A DNA stretch of 64,000 nucleotides. Origin: Candidatus Hermodarchaeota archaeon (GTDB lineage: Archaea > Asgardarchaeota > Lokiarchaeia > Sigyniarchaeales > SOKP01). Position numbers and translations under genes: made by a program. The stretch covers positions 17,815 through 81,814 of the forward strand of contig JBHLLG010000008.1 of assembly GCA_048885925.1 (NCBI GenBank), given 5' to 3'. The notes below the pieces were generated by a model. It was not told the DNA's origin, did not search any database, and saw only the letters and a program-made list of their open reading frames with translations. Shown here in pieces: positions 19,791 to 30,906 of the stretch; the first letter of the stretch is position 1, and the number at the start of each line of letters is the position of its first letter.

Positions 19791-21077
19791 ATGATGAAAT
19801 CTGAGAAAAAGAATCGAGTTGTTCTTAGAGTAAAAAATCTTAAGACATACTACCCTATTTTAGGTGGGCTCTTTAGACGCACAATTGGATATGTTAAAGC
19901 GGTAGATGGAGTTACTTTTAATCTCTATAAGCAAGAAACACTTGGTCTAGTTGGAGAAAGTGGATGTGGTAAAACTTCAATTGGAAACACAATTTTAAAT
20001 ATTGTTCCAGCTACTTCAGGAGAAATTACATATGAAAATAGAGTTATTGTTAGTGGAAGCGATCAGAAAAAAGAAAGAATACTACATCTAAGAAATGAAA
20101 GTAGTTTTAAGCATATTATATTTATACCAATTTATCGCTTTCTGAGTGGGCTAATTAATTACTTAAAACCAGGTATTAAGAAAATTTATCGAATTACCCG
20201 GGATTATCTCGCAAGAAAATATCCATCATTAAAAAATATGTTCATTGAAATAACATCCATATTTAAACAAAATTATCGTAATTACTTAAAAATTGAACGT
20301 CCTTATAATAAAGATTTACATAAAAAGATTCAAGTTGTATTTCAAGATCCTGATGCTTCTTTAAATCCTCGATGGAGAGTGGTTAACATAATCGGTGAAC
20401 CTCTTCGAATTTTGGTAAAAATGAGAAAAAGAAAAAACATTCGTAAACGCGTTCTGGAAGTTTTAGAAACAGTTTCAATGAAATTGGAACATTTAGATCG
20501 ATATCCACATGAATTCTCTGGCGGTCAAAAACAAAGAATTGTAATAGCTAGAGCTCTTGCATGTAATCCTGAAATAATTATTTTAGATGAACCAACTTCC
20601 GCTCTCGATGTATCAGTTCAAGCCCAGATTTTGAATTTATTAAAAAAACTTCAAAAAAAATTTAATTTGTCTTTTCTATTTATTACCCATGATCTAAGTG
20701 TAATACAACATATAGCAGATAGAATTGCAGTAATGTATCTTGGTAAATTTGTAGAGACTGGAACCATTGAAGAAGTTTTTTACAATCCAACACATCCATA
20801 TACTAAGGCACTGTTATCAGCTCGACCTACATTCGATCCGAGCTCAAAACGAAGTAGAATAATATTAAAAGGCGATGTACCAAGTCCGATAAATCCTCCA
20901 ATAGGGTGTCCTTTTAATCCTAGATGTCAAGAAAAAGATAAACACGTTGGATGTGGTATTGACCAACCAAGAAAAATACATCTTGGGGGAGAACACTACA
21001 TGTATTGCTTACCGTTAAAAGAAGAAAAACCCTCATATGAAGGAAGAGAATTTATCTCGGATACTTGGCAAACTTAA
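19791..21077 (+). CDS. dppF: peptide ABC transporter ATP-binding protein
   Basis: GESGCGKT, YPHEFSGGQKQR, DEPTSALDVS, GDVPSPINPP.GC.F.PRC. Confidence 0.95.
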   Translation: MMKSEKKNRVVLRVKNLKTYYPILGGLFRRTIGYVKAVDGVTFNLYKQETLGLVGESGCGKTSIGNTILNIVPATSGEITYENRVIVSGSDQKKERILHLRNESSFKHIIFIPIYRFLSGLINYLKPGIKKIYRITRDYLARKYPSLKNMFIEITSIFKQNYRNYLKIERPYNKDLHKKIQVVFQDPDASLNPRWRVVNIIGEPLRILVKMRKRKNIRKRVLEVLETVSMKLEHLDRYPHEFSGGQKQRIVIARALACNPEIIILDEPTSALDVSVQAQILNLLKKLQKKFNLSFLFITHDLSVIQHIADRIAVMYLGKFVETGTIEEVFYNPTHPYTKALLSARPTFDPSSKRSRIILKGDVPSPINPPIGCPFNPRCQEKDKHVGCGIDQPRKIHLGGEHYMYCLPLKEEKPSYEGREFISDTWQT

Positions 21078-21567
21078 TTATTCACAATATTTTTGATTTA
21101 ACTTTTTCTTTTTACATTCGCATTATTAATTCTAGCAAATAAGATATCTCGAAGATTTAATCTTTTTCTATTTTATTAGCTATAGTTATATTCAATAGCT
21201 AAAAAATTCTATCGCCTTAAGAACATTAGTATAAAATTCACAGAATCGGATTATCTTGACTAAATTTAAATTTCTAATAAAGATTTATTAAATATAGGAG
21301 AATAAAATAAGTGTGAGGTTTAAATTGAGAATTACGTATTTTTTGATGAAGAGATTTATCCTGATAAACATAAAAGAAATTCAGTCTTTAAACTTAAAGA
21401 ATGGAATTATTCTAGATCTTTGGGCTTCTAATATCTATAATAGGTTTAGATCTAAAAAAAATTGTATAACAACAAAATGTTCTTTTTATATATTACAATA
21501 ATCTTGATATATTATATTAAATTTAGAGAATTAAATTAGGACAACTTTAATAATAAAAAGCAATAGG

Positions 21568-22824
21568 ATGGATATTTCAGATTTAAAATTACATAATAAT
21601 AAAGAGACAATAGGACATATAAATTATTTAGTTTTTGAGCGTATAGCAGGAACAAAAGGAGAATCTAAAGCAATCAACTACATTCAAAAAGAATTAAATA
21701 AAGAAAATATAGAAAATAAAGTTGAATCCTTTAATTGGTCTAGTACGATTAATATTTTAGTAAAATCTATAATTATTTTCGTATTTGGTACATCTGTTCT
21801 TTATGAGATATTTATCTGGTTGAAAATTTTATGGTTTATGATTATTCTTGATTTAACTTTTATTGTAATAACATATATTCTTTTCATAAATTTTCATGAC
21901 ATGACCCGGTTAATTTTAATTGGTAGAGCCAAAAAATCCAAAAACATCATAACTAATATCTCAGCAGTGGAAAAAAAAAAAAACCGCCCTGCCATTATTT
22001 TTACTGCTCATTATGATTCCTTATCTTCAAATTATCCATATAATGTAAAAAGATATTATTATCTAATAGTAATAATTATTGGTTTTTCCTATATTACTTC
22101 CACACTGATTTTTTCCATTTGGACAGTTCTAACATATTTTTCCGACAATTTTGTTACTGAATTATATACTTTATTATTGGATAAATCAATCGATTTTTCC
22201 TATGTGTCATTTTTATTTTTGCTTATTTCGAGTGCTATACTTCTATACAATAGGGAACGAAATCAATCGCTTGGTTCAATTGATAACGCTAGTGGTATTT
22301 CAATCCTAATTGAGCTCGCGAAAATTTTAAACAAAGATCCTCCCAAAAATATAGATATTCTATTCTTATGGTGCGGAGCTGAAGAATGGGGTTTATGGGG
22401 GTCTAAACAATTCTGTCTAATGCATTTTGACGAATTGAATGAGGAATATGATCTTGATAAATCTTATAACATCAATATTGATATGGTAGGGACGAATATC
22501 GGATTAATAAATAAAACGGGTTTATTTAAGAAAAGAAAAGGAAATGAAAAATTGATTAATGTTATAGAAACTTCAGCAAAAAGATTAAATATACCTTTAG
22601 ATAAGCAGAATTTAACTATCGAACCAAGAAGCGATCACAATTCATTTCGATCATTTGCTAAAAAAGAAAAAAAAAAAATGCAGGTTTGTTGTTTTCTATC
22701 AAATAAAGATTCAAAATTCATTCATACATCGCGAGACACTCCAAATAAATGCTCATCCAAAAACCTTAATGGTTGTTTAGCTATTTGTTATAATACGATT
22801 AAAAGTTTAGATTTACAATCATAA
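21568..22824 (+). CDS. membrane-embedded M28 family peptidase
   Basis: TAHYDS, GSIDNASG, GAEEWGLWGS, INIDMVG, SDH..F, IHT..D; internal TM helices. Confidence 0.88.
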   Translation: MDISDLKLHNNKETIGHINYLVFERIAGTKGESKAINYIQKELNKENIENKVESFNWSSTINILVKSIIIFVFGTSVLYEIFIWLKILWFMIILDLTFIVITYILFINFHDMTRLILIGRAKKSKNIITNISAVEKKKNRPAIIFTAHYDSLSSNYPYNVKRYYYLIVIIIGFSYITSTLIFSIWTVLTYFSDNFVTELYTLLLDKSIDFSYVSFLFLLISSAILLYNRERNQSLGSIDNASGISILIELAKILNKDPPKNIDILFLWCGAEEWGLWGSKQFCLMHFDELNEEYDLDKSYNINIDMVGTNIGLINKTGLFKKRKGNEKLINVIETSAKRLNIPLDKQNLTIEPRSDHNSFRSFAKKEKKKMQVCCFLSNKDSKFIHTSRDTPNKCSSKNLNGCLAICYNTIKSLDLQS

Positions 22825-23080
22825 TTAAAAGAAAAAAATTTAGAATCTCTAGTATTTAATTTTAGAATTGTTAATTAGATATTTTTAATAATCTTCCATT
22901 TAACTCGTTTATTTTTTAGTCTATAACCCTAATTTAAACTATTTGTAAATCTTAGTTACACAAAGGTAATGTTTTGAATTTTAAATATATGGAACTGAAA
23001 TAACTTAAATTGAAAAATAATATTAAGAGGCTTTATCTATAATCATTTTTTTATTACTTGAAAAACTGTAAATAATAGGA

Positions 23081-23575
23081 CTACCAAACCATAGGAACAC
23101 GATAATCTGGAAAGATAGCTTGGTAAATTGCTAAAAAAGCTATTAAAATCACTATTAATAATATAATAAGAATTATTAATCCTTTAATATCGCTTGGAGA
23201 AAATCGAACTTTTGTTTTAACTTTATATTTAGGTGTTGCTATTTTTTGAATAAGCCACTTTTTATAAGATTTTGTTGGTTTACCATCCTTTAATGGATTT
23301 TCACCTGATGAATTTTTAAAATATTCTTGAATTTCAGCTGTATTTACGGCATCACATGCCTTTTTAATTAATATTCTATTGCTAATAAAATCAAAACTTG
23401 AAAAACAAATAACTATAATAGGTATGGATATATACCAATAAAATACTACAAACAATACAAAACGAATCACATAATAATAATAAAATGTAGCTAAAGCGAT
23501 TAAAAAAATCATTACAGCAATAAAGATAAAACATTTAACATCTTCCTTATTTGGTAAAGGTATGTGATTTAGCAT
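23081..23575 (-). CDS. hypothetical membrane protein
   Basis: 164 aa, three hydrophobic segments. Confidence 0.6.
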   Translation of the reverse strand: MLNHIPLPNKEDVKCFIFIAVMIFLIALATFYYYYVIRFVLFVVFYWYISIPIIVICFSSFDFISNRILIKKACDAVNTAEIQEYFKNSSGENPLKDGKPTKSYKKWLIQKIATPKYKVKTKVRFSPSDIKGLIILIILLIVILIAFLAIYQAIFPDYRVPMVW

Positions 23576-24084
23576 TTTCTGAAATTTCGATTTTTAAATG
23601 ATTTATATTTAATAATTTTTTATTTAATTATTTATTTTTTTATTTTAAAGAATAAAAAGTTAATCAGTAAAAATACTAATTTTCCCGATATTATGAATTT
23701 AATAAACCAATAAAATTTATTGTCAGCATTCAACAGATATTTATGTTATTTATTTAATGTAATCTTTATTGAGGAAAATAATAAATAACATATTAAATAC
23801 GATTGCCTTGTCTATCTAACGAGACTCAGGATTATTAGTAAGATTTACATTAGATTTCGTTTAAAAATCAACCTTTTTTTTCTTCTGGATGTAAATTTAT
23901 TTGATCTTAACAAAATATTGAAAAATTGTAGTTGATATAATTAATAAGGTGAAATCACAACTAGAATTGCAGATTGGTATTTTTTTATGAAATAAATACA
24001 GCCTGCACTAAACTTCCTATTATATAAGTAGTTTTAGCAATAAACTCCATTCTTTTTATTATTAAAAGGTTATTTATCTCAAAT

Positions 24085-25323
24085 TTGGTAAAGAAAAAAA
24101 TTTTAAAGAAAAGGTTATCTTATAGTTTCAAGAAATTAAAATATTATGCGATGATGATAAAAAATTCTCAAGTATATGCAATTAAAACCTCTCCAAAAAC
24201 AGTCTTTACTGACTACAAAAGACTAATGCATTTGGCAAATTATGAGAAATTTTACAAAAAAGAAAATAAAACTATTATTAAGTTAAATCTAAGTTGGTCA
24301 AAGTTTTTTCCTGCATGTTCTAGCCCTCCATGGCAAGTGGAAGGAGTGCTAAAAACTATGATTGAGGATGGTTTTAACCCTAAAAGGCTTTTTACAGCTG
24401 AAAATAGAACTGTGGTAACTAATATAGAAAAAGGATTAAGAGGAAATAAATGGGGACCGATTCTCAGCAAATATAAAGTTTGGTTTGTTCCTTTAACTAA
24501 AATCCCTTTTATTCCTTATGAATCTTTAAGGTCAAAATTTCTTACATTAAAGAATAAAAAATTATTTGTATTAGATTCTAAAATATTTCCAGAAGGTTTT
24601 TTTATCCCAAAGTTTTATGTTGGAAAACCAATCATACATCTCCCTACAATGAAAACCCATGGTCATACTGGAGCTATTGGAGGCTCACTTAAAAAGACTA
24701 ATGAAGAAATGAAACATGGGGGCATAACTTGTGCTATGAAAAATGCTTTTGGAGGGCTTTTAACAAAAAGAAGACATTTCTCACATCAATATATGTCTGA
24801 AGTATTAGTTGATTTACTAATTATACAAAAGCAAATTCACCCCAGTATATTAGCTATTGTAGATGGTACTGTTTGTGGCGACGGCGCTGGTCCAAGAACA
24901 ATGGTACCTCGTATTAAAAATTATATTCTTGCGGGTTACGACCAAGTTGCTGTTGATACGGTTGTTGCTAAAATGATGGGTTTTGAACCTTTAAAATTAC
25001 CTTCAATAAACATAGCTCACGATGAAGGTTTGGGATGTGGAGATTTCAACCAAATTGAAATCCTTGGTGAAGATATTCCTAATATTAATTGGAATTTTAA
25101 AGTTAAGCGAAGTCTAGTAATTTGGGGTGATCAAATGGTACGAAAAGGTTTTCTACAATTTCTCTATCCTTTGTTTAGAAATGAATTATTCTTCTTAGGA
25201 CCAACCTTTGCTTCCATGATTTATCATGATATGATATGGTACCCAACTATTGGTAAACGAAGAATTAAGAAATTTTTTCAAACTGAATGGGGCAAATTGT
25301 TTTTAAGTTACCCTAAAAATTAA
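24085..25323 (+). CDS. DUF362 domain protein (true start possibly an ATG near 24146-24154)
   Basis: IIKLNLSW, HLPTMKTH, TCAMKNAFGG, IVDGTVCGDGAGP, DQVAVD. Confidence 0.85.
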   Translation: MVKKKILKKRLSYSFKKLKYYAMMIKNSQVYAIKTSPKTVFTDYKRLMHLANYEKFYKKENKTIIKLNLSWSKFFPACSSPPWQVEGVLKTMIEDGFNPKRLFTAENRTVVTNIEKGLRGNKWGPILSKYKVWFVPLTKIPFIPYESLRSKFLTLKNKKLFVLDSKIFPEGFFIPKFYVGKPIIHLPTMKTHGHTGAIGGSLKKTNEEMKHGGITCAMKNAFGGLLTKRRHFSHQYMSEVLVDLLIIQKQIHPSILAIVDGTVCGDGAGPRTMVPRIKNYILAGYDQVAVDTVVAKMMGFEPLKLPSINIAHDEGLGCGDFNQIEILGEDIPNINWNFKVKRSLVIWGDQMVRKGFLQFLYPLFRNELFFLGPTFASMIYHDMIWYPTIGKRRIKKFFQTEWGKLFLSYPKN

Positions 25324-25357
25324 TGCCTCAATTTTTATTAATTCTACATAAAAAACT

Positions 25358-26140
25358 TTATATTAACATATCTCTAATTAATTCTTTATAATCCAGATCA
25401 AAACTAGACTTTTTCAATTTTAAATGAAGAAAAAATTCTTTAGATCCTTTCTTTTCTAACTGGGTTGATTTTGTTATCCCATAGATAAAAAAATCATTAT
25501 GCTTAAGCCATTGAATTAATTCAATAAGAATTTTAGAAAGTTGGTTAGAATTATTTATTCTTCTAAATTTTTCCTGGGTATGAAAATCTATTTCGAAAAG
25601 GGGTTTTACTAATGCAAGAATATCACCTTCTTTTCTCAATAAATTTTTCACATTAGGTAAAACTTCTCTTAATGATGTAAATGTTATATCTATTGTACAT
25701 AAATCCACTAATTCATCGATTGGTAATGAATTACGAGCATCAACACCCGATATTGGTATAATTTTATCCTGCAATGTTTCATTTAGTAATGAAGTATGGA
25801 GTAAATTAGTAGCTGTGTCAATTGCATATACTTTTAAAGCTCCCTTCTTTATTAAGCAATCTGTAAAACCTCCCACAGAAGCTCCAATATCTACACAAAC
25901 CTTCTTCTTAACATCAATTGAAAAATCCTCTATTGCTTTTTCTAATTTTATTCCCCCACGGCCAACATAAGGAAACTCTTTTAATAAGCGGATTTCGATA
26001 AATTTTTCAAATCTCTTGCTCGGTTTCGAAATAATTTTACTATTGACAAATATATAACCATTTCTTATTAGCCATTGTGCTTTAGTTCTACTCTCGGCCA
26101 ATCCTCGTTCTACTAATAGAATATCAATCCTTTCTTTCAT
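25358..26140 (-). CDS. tlyA: TlyA family rRNA 2'-O-methyltransferase (S4 + FtsJ-like)
   Basis: KERIDILLVERGLAESRTKA, YVGRGGIKL, DIGASVGGFTDCL, LVKPLFE. Confidence 0.9.
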   Translation of the reverse strand: MKERIDILLVERGLAESRTKAQWLIRNGYIFVNSKIISKPSKRFEKFIEIRLLKEFPYVGRGGIKLEKAIEDFSIDVKKKVCVDIGASVGGFTDCLIKKGALKVYAIDTATNLLHTSLLNETLQDKIIPISGVDARNSLPIDELVDLCTIDITFTSLREVLPNVKNLLRKEGDILALVKPLFEIDFHTQEKFRRINNSNQLSKILIELIQWLKHNDFFIYGITKSTQLEKKGSKEFFLHLKLKKSSFDLDYKELIRDMLI

Positions 26141-27257
26141 TTAATATTAATTTTTCTCTATTTTTTAACATCTCTTCAATTCTACTTGTTAAACCTAAAC
26201 TTAATCTACTAATTTGTACTTTTACTGACGCTTTAGCGCCCCATTTTTTATAAATAGCTCGAAATAATAAACCTAAAAAGATAAACGTACCTATAGCTGA
26301 GAACCAAATAGTTATTAAGTTTAACTGTTTTAAAAATAAAAAATATAAAATATTATGAGAAAGATAAATAGTGAGAGAATAATAAGAATAATAAAACAAA
26401 AATTTATAGCTTTTTTTTGTATCAGTTATTATAAATTCTTCAAATATTAATAAAATTGAAAATAATAGAATATCTATTCCTAGTGAATAAATTATCCAAG
26501 AGAGACTTATTCTATCTGTAAAATTGGGAAATTTAAGCAGGATCCCCACAATTATTAAAGATATTCCTGTTATTATGGTAGGAATAATGAAATTGTTTTT
26601 TAGGATTTTTTTATTATTTATATGATTTTTTTGTATATACGCATCGTATAAAAGATCTCCTATAACTGTTCCAAATAAAAAAAATGGAAAAAATACCAAT
26701 ATGGGATCTTGGTTAATATCATGATATATAAAATGATAAATAACTCCTAAAATGTTCATATCTCCCTTAAAAGGTGATAGAATTATTATTAGGAATTCAT
26801 GGAGCAAAATAATCCCTATTCCAATAAATACTCTAAAAATTTTTGAAGTTCTTAAAAGAGGCCATGCTATAAATAAGGATACTGCGGCAGTTAATAAAAC
26901 AAACCATGTCCAAATGTATGAAGGATTGAATAATGTTATTGCTGTTGGAATATTGTAAAATATTGCAATGATGAAAATAAAAAGTGTCCGAAAAAAGTAA
27001 GCATTCTTTATCATTCTAGAATTATAATCTTCAGAAATCTTTGCTTTTAAGAGATTTCTCCTATGAGATATCATAGTGCTTATACCAGAAATAAATAAAA
27101 ACCCAGAAGCTCCAATTGGATCTAATATCCTTACTGTGATACTATGTAAAAACATAAATTCGCTTTTCACCCACCAGGCAATTACATGATTTAAAACCAT
27201 CCAACTCATGCATAAACCACGGAAAATGTCAATACTTTTTAATCTTAGGTTTTTCAT
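26124..27257 (-). CDS. DUF1624 / heparan-alpha-glucosaminide N-acetyltransferase-like membrane protein
   Basis: RLKSIDIFRGL...MVLNH, FLFISG, SLTIYLSH; multi-TM. Confidence 0.75.
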   Translation of the reverse strand: MKNLRLKSIDIFRGLCMSWMVLNHVIAWWVKSEFMFLHSITVRILDPIGASGFLFISGISTMISHRRNLLKAKISEDYNSRMIKNAYFFRTLFIFIIAIFYNIPTAITLFNPSYIWTWFVLLTAAVSLFIAWPLLRTSKIFRVFIGIGIILLHEFLIIILSPFKGDMNILGVIYHFIYHDINQDPILVFFPFFLFGTVIGDLLYDAYIQKNHINNKKILKNNFIIPTIITGISLIIVGILLKFPNFTDRISLSWIIYSLGIDILLFSILLIFEEFIITDTKKSYKFLFYYSYYSLTIYLSHNILYFLFLKQLNLITIWFSAIGTFIFLGLLFRAIYKKWGAKASVKVQISRLSLGLTSRIEEMLKNREKLILNERKD

Positions 27258-27360
27258 AGCAAATACTAATTCAGTTTTCTATATTAAAATCTCCTAATTT
27301 ATAATTAAAATCTTTTATGAAAAGCGTTATACAAAAAAGTTAATCCTTTTTTTATTAAAC

Positions 27361-28224
27361 CTATATTAGATTATTTTGTTTATATTGCCCTATTATTTGA
27401 CTAGATTTTGTAAGAGAAATTTCATCATTTATCAATCTATCAACAATATCTCTTAATTTAATTTTTAAATCATTAAATTCTTCAGTATCTTCTCCAGTTT
27501 TCCTAAAACTCTTTGATTTTTGGAATATATGTTGTTTTAATATTTCATAGTAATTATTTTGGTTAATTTTTATTCCATTTCTTAATGCTAGAATTAATGC
27601 AGCTGTTTCATGTTTCGTTTTAAATCTTTTCTTTTTTGTTAGGTTTTTCATTTTTGATGATTTTGATTCATCTATTAAACTAATATCTAGGTTACCTCTA
27701 TTTTTGTAAGTTACATATAATTCCTCGATCAATTCTTTTATTATTTGTAAAACACCACTTCCGAATTTAAATTCCAACATTATTAAATTTGGATTATTCT
27801 TTTGAAAGCATTCTACTTTATCTTTTACATATTTGATGAATTCTCTTTTGTCATATATAGTATGCGAAAGTAAGAAAAAATCGTCTAAAAAAATTACGAT
27901 TCCTATCTGTTTCGTGCCAGGATCTATAGAAAATAGTAATTTTGAAAAAAATTTCTTATAATCGATTTTATATGCAGCTAACACTTGTAAAATATAGTGT
28001 TCAAAATTCTCCTCATAAGAATATGAAAGAATTCTTAAATTGTCATAAGAATTTGTAAAATTGAGAACATCTTCTGAAGTTGTCAATATTAAAGAACTTA
28101 GTTTGGGGAATTTTTCTCTTATATTTAAAATTTCAAACTTAATATTTAATCGAATCAGTTCTTTATTTAATCTATAAAAGAAATTTAAATTCTCTGTACT
28201 AATATATAAAGTTTTATTTCTCAA
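27361..28224 (-). CDS. hypothetical protein with an RNase H-fold (YqgF/RuvX-like) domain
   Basis: FSIDPGTKQIGIV...IDESKSS...HETAALILA resemble YqgF-family motifs. Confidence 0.6.
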   Translation of the reverse strand: MRNKTLYISTENLNFFYRLNKELIRLNIKFEILNIREKFPKLSSLILTTSEDVLNFTNSYDNLRILSYSYEENFEHYILQVLAAYKIDYKKFFSKLLFSIDPGTKQIGIVIFLDDFFLLSHTIYDKREFIKYVKDKVECFQKNNPNLIMLEFKFGSGVLQIIKELIEELYVTYKNRGNLDISLIDESKSSKMKNLTKKKRFKTKHETAALILALRNGIKINQNNYYEILKQHIFQKSKSFRKTGEDTEEFNDLKIKLRDIVDRLINDEISLTKSSQIIGQYKQNNLI

Positions 28225-28268
28225 ATTATAATTATAAATATTAGATAAAATTAATAACTTTTAATTGA

Positions 28269-28958
28269 ATGAAATTTCCAATCTTAGAAATAAATAAACA
28301 TTTTGCTTCAATAAATACAATACAGGGAATATTTTCGGTATTTGGTGATTTTGGTGTTGGTAAAACTACATTTGCGCTACAAATAGCCACTGAATCTGCA
28401 AAAATAGGTAAAAACGTTATATATATTTATACTAAACATAATTTCCCAGCTGAAAAAATTCTTTTACACAATTATAATTCTAAAGAGATTTTAAATAATA
28501 TCATTTTTATTCAGACAACACACTTTGATGAATTAAATAAAATTATTTTTAATCTTGAATTTTTAATTTTAAATCATATAAATAAAAGAAAAATTAATTA
28601 TAATTTAATTGTTGTAGATTCAATTACTAATTTATATCAATTAGAATTAAATAAGACTAATAAACAGAAAAATTATGAGTCTAATTATAAATTAAATCAA
28701 ATGCTAGCAAATTTAACCTATTTAAATGAAGCTTATGATATTGAGATCTTGATAATTAATGAAATTAGTAGAAAAAACATTAATAATGAAATAATTGAGC
28801 TTCAAACTGGAGGAAAAGTTATGGAATATTGGGTAAATTATCAATTAAAAATTGCTAGAACTAAAAAGTTAAATGAAAGAAAGCTAATTTTAACCGCATA
28901 TCCTGAACAGAATACAACTAATTTTTTATCTATTATAAGAAAGAAAGGATTTGAATAA
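28269..28958 (+). CDS. radB: RadB-like RecA/Rad51 paralog
   Basis: Walker A GDFGVGKT, Walker B LIVVDSIT, GG..MEYW; no N-terminal HhH domain. Confidence 0.75.
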   Translation: MKFPILEINKHFASINTIQGIFSVFGDFGVGKTTFALQIATESAKIGKNVIYIYTKHNFPAEKILLHNYNSKEILNNIIFIQTTHFDELNKIIFNLEFLILNHINKRKINYNLIVVDSITNLYQLELNKTNKQKNYESNYKLNQMLANLTYLNEAYDIEILIINEISRKNINNEIIELQTGGKVMEYWVNYQLKIARTKKLNERKLILTAYPEQNTTNFLSIIRKKGFE

Positions 28959-29026
28959 GAGAGATTTTCTTACGAAATTGGTATCCAAATTTATTTCTTA
29001 TCTTTAAACTTATTTTATTTAGGACA

Positions 29027-30256
29027 ATGAAAAAAAAGAAACTAACACAAATCACAGAAAGTTCAACGAAAATCTTTCTTTATGCAAATGACAATGGATT
29101 GCCTCCTTCAAAGGCTATGAATGTATTTTATAACAAAAGAATGGAACTTAATCGTGATATCTCAAATTTAGCTATTAATGCTTATGTAAATCTACATAAA
29201 CCTGATGATCTACTAATTATTGATTCAATGGCCGCATCAGGAATAGGGTCTATTAGAATGTTAAAAGAGTGTCAAAAAATTGCTAATATTGTTATTAATG
29301 ATATCAATCCCGAGGCAGTTAAACTTATTAAAAAGAATTTAAAATTAAATCGTATTAACAAAACCTCAAATCAAATAAAAATTACAAATAAAGATGCAAA
29401 TGCTCTTTTTTCTGAAATTACTGATAAGGGGTTAATACTTTCATCTGGGAAAAAAAAAAAGCCAAATGTTATATCAATTGATCCATTTGGAACTCCAAAT
29501 CTTTACATAGATTCTGCTTTTAAAACAATTCAGAAAAGTAATGCTCTGGTATGTATAACTGCCACGGATACAGCAGTTCTATTTGGAGTACGATCAAAAG
29601 CATGTATGAGGAAATATCTCTCTAAACCTCTCCGTAATGAGTACAGTAAAGAAATAGGTGCACGAATTTTAGTACAATTCATTGCACGAATAGCAGCTAT
29701 TAATAAAGTAGGAATCATTCCATTATTAACATTTTATTCAGGACACTTTATTAGGGTCTTCTGTTTAACATTTAAGAATAAACAAAGGATTTCAAAATTT
29801 TTAAAAAAAAACGGATACATTATACACTGCAAAAATTGTGGTTATCGCTCATCACATGGAGATAATATTTTACATTTACCCCTAGAATGCCCTATGTGTG
29901 GAAATAAGAAATCTCTCGATTATGCCGGCCCTCTATGGGCTGATAAAATCCACGATATTAATTTCATTAATGAAATACTTCTATTAAATGAAAAATCTAA
30001 ATTTTTAAATAAAAATAGAATAAGCAAAATCTTAACTTTTGCGAGGCAAGAAATTGATATGCCCATTTCATATTATAATATCCATAAACTCAGTCAAAAC
30101 TTAAAACTTTCATCAATTCCAAAAATTTCAAATCTTATAAATATACTTAAAGAAAAAGGATATAAATCTTCAAGGACTCATTTTGATTTTTTAGCTATAA
30201 AAACTGATATGGATTTAGAAACTCTAAAAAATACTTTAATTGATACAAAAAAATAG
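29027..30256 (+). CDS. trm1: tRNA (guanine-26-N2)-dimethyltransferase
   Basis: VFYN.RM..NRDIS, AASGIGSIR, IDPFGTP, ITATDTA, AGPLW, RTHF. Confidence 0.95.
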   Translation: MKKKKLTQITESSTKIFLYANDNGLPPSKAMNVFYNKRMELNRDISNLAINAYVNLHKPDDLLIIDSMAASGIGSIRMLKECQKIANIVINDINPEAVKLIKKNLKLNRINKTSNQIKITNKDANALFSEITDKGLILSSGKKKKPNVISIDPFGTPNLYIDSAFKTIQKSNALVCITATDTAVLFGVRSKACMRKYLSKPLRNEYSKEIGARILVQFIARIAAINKVGIIPLLTFYSGHFIRVFCLTFKNKQRISKFLKKNGYIIHCKNCGYRSSHGDNILHLPLECPMCGNKKSLDYAGPLWADKIHDINFINEILLLNEKSKFLNKNRISKILTFARQEIDMPISYYNIHKLSQNLKLSSIPKISNLINILKEKGYKSSRTHFDFLAIKTDMDLETLKNTLIDTKK

Positions 30257-30270
30257 TTCTTTTAATAAAC

Positions 30271-30906
30271 ATGTCAAAAAAAAATGAAATGCATAAAAGA
30301 GATTATTATTATAAAAAAGCAAAGAAAGAAGGTTACCGAGCAAGATCAGCATATAAATTATTAGATATTCAAAACAAGTTTAATATTTTTAAGAGAGCTT
30401 TTTATATCTTAGATTTGGGATGTGCGCCAGGTTCTTGGCTACAAGTTGCTAAAAAATATGGAGAAGAAAATTTAGAAAGATATAAAGATCAATATTATCA
30501 CCGGAATCACTATAAGATCATGGGTATAGATATGAAAAAAATCAGCCCTATTGAAAATATTAATTTTATAAAGTTAGATATTACTAATCCACAGTTACAA
30601 AAAGAAATAAGTAATTATTTTAATAGTGATTTAGATTTAATATTATCAGATGCATCAATTAATAAAATTGGAAACAAATTTGCTGATCATTTAAACCAAT
30701 TAAAGCTTTGTTATTTAATACTTGAAATATCCAAAAGAAATTTAAAACGTAATGGGAATTTAGTTATTAAAATCTTCCAAGGTACTGATTTTAATAAATT
30801 CAAGAATGAAATATTGTCATTATTTAGGATTGTGAAATCATATAAACCAAAATCATCTAAAAAAAGGAGTAATGAAATTTACTTAATTGGCTTACAAAAG
30901 AAATAA
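30271..30906 (+). CDS. rlmE: 23S rRNA 2'-O-methyltransferase RlmE/FtsJ
   Basis: GYRARSAYKL, LDLGCAPGSW, ILSDAS, KIFQG, KP.SS...S.EIY. Confidence 0.95.
   Translation: MSKKNEMHKRDYYYKKAKKEGYRARSAYKLLDIQNKFNIFKRAFYILDLGCAPGSWLQVAKKYGEENLERYKDQYYHRNHYKIMGIDMKKISPIENINFIKLDITNPQLQKEISNYFNSDLDLILSDASINKIGNKFADHLNQLKLCYLILEISKRNLKRNGNLVIKIFQGTDFNKFKNEILSLFRIVKSYKPKSSKKRSNEIYLIGLQKK

Noticed and set aside
18880-20310. Inteins in DppD/DppF
   Set aside because: Inserts are short and lack the C-terminal HN-C/S/T splice signature
21313-21501. 62-aa intergenic ORF before the M28 peptidase
   Set aside because: GTG start, no motif, composition like AT-rich spacer; cannot be supported
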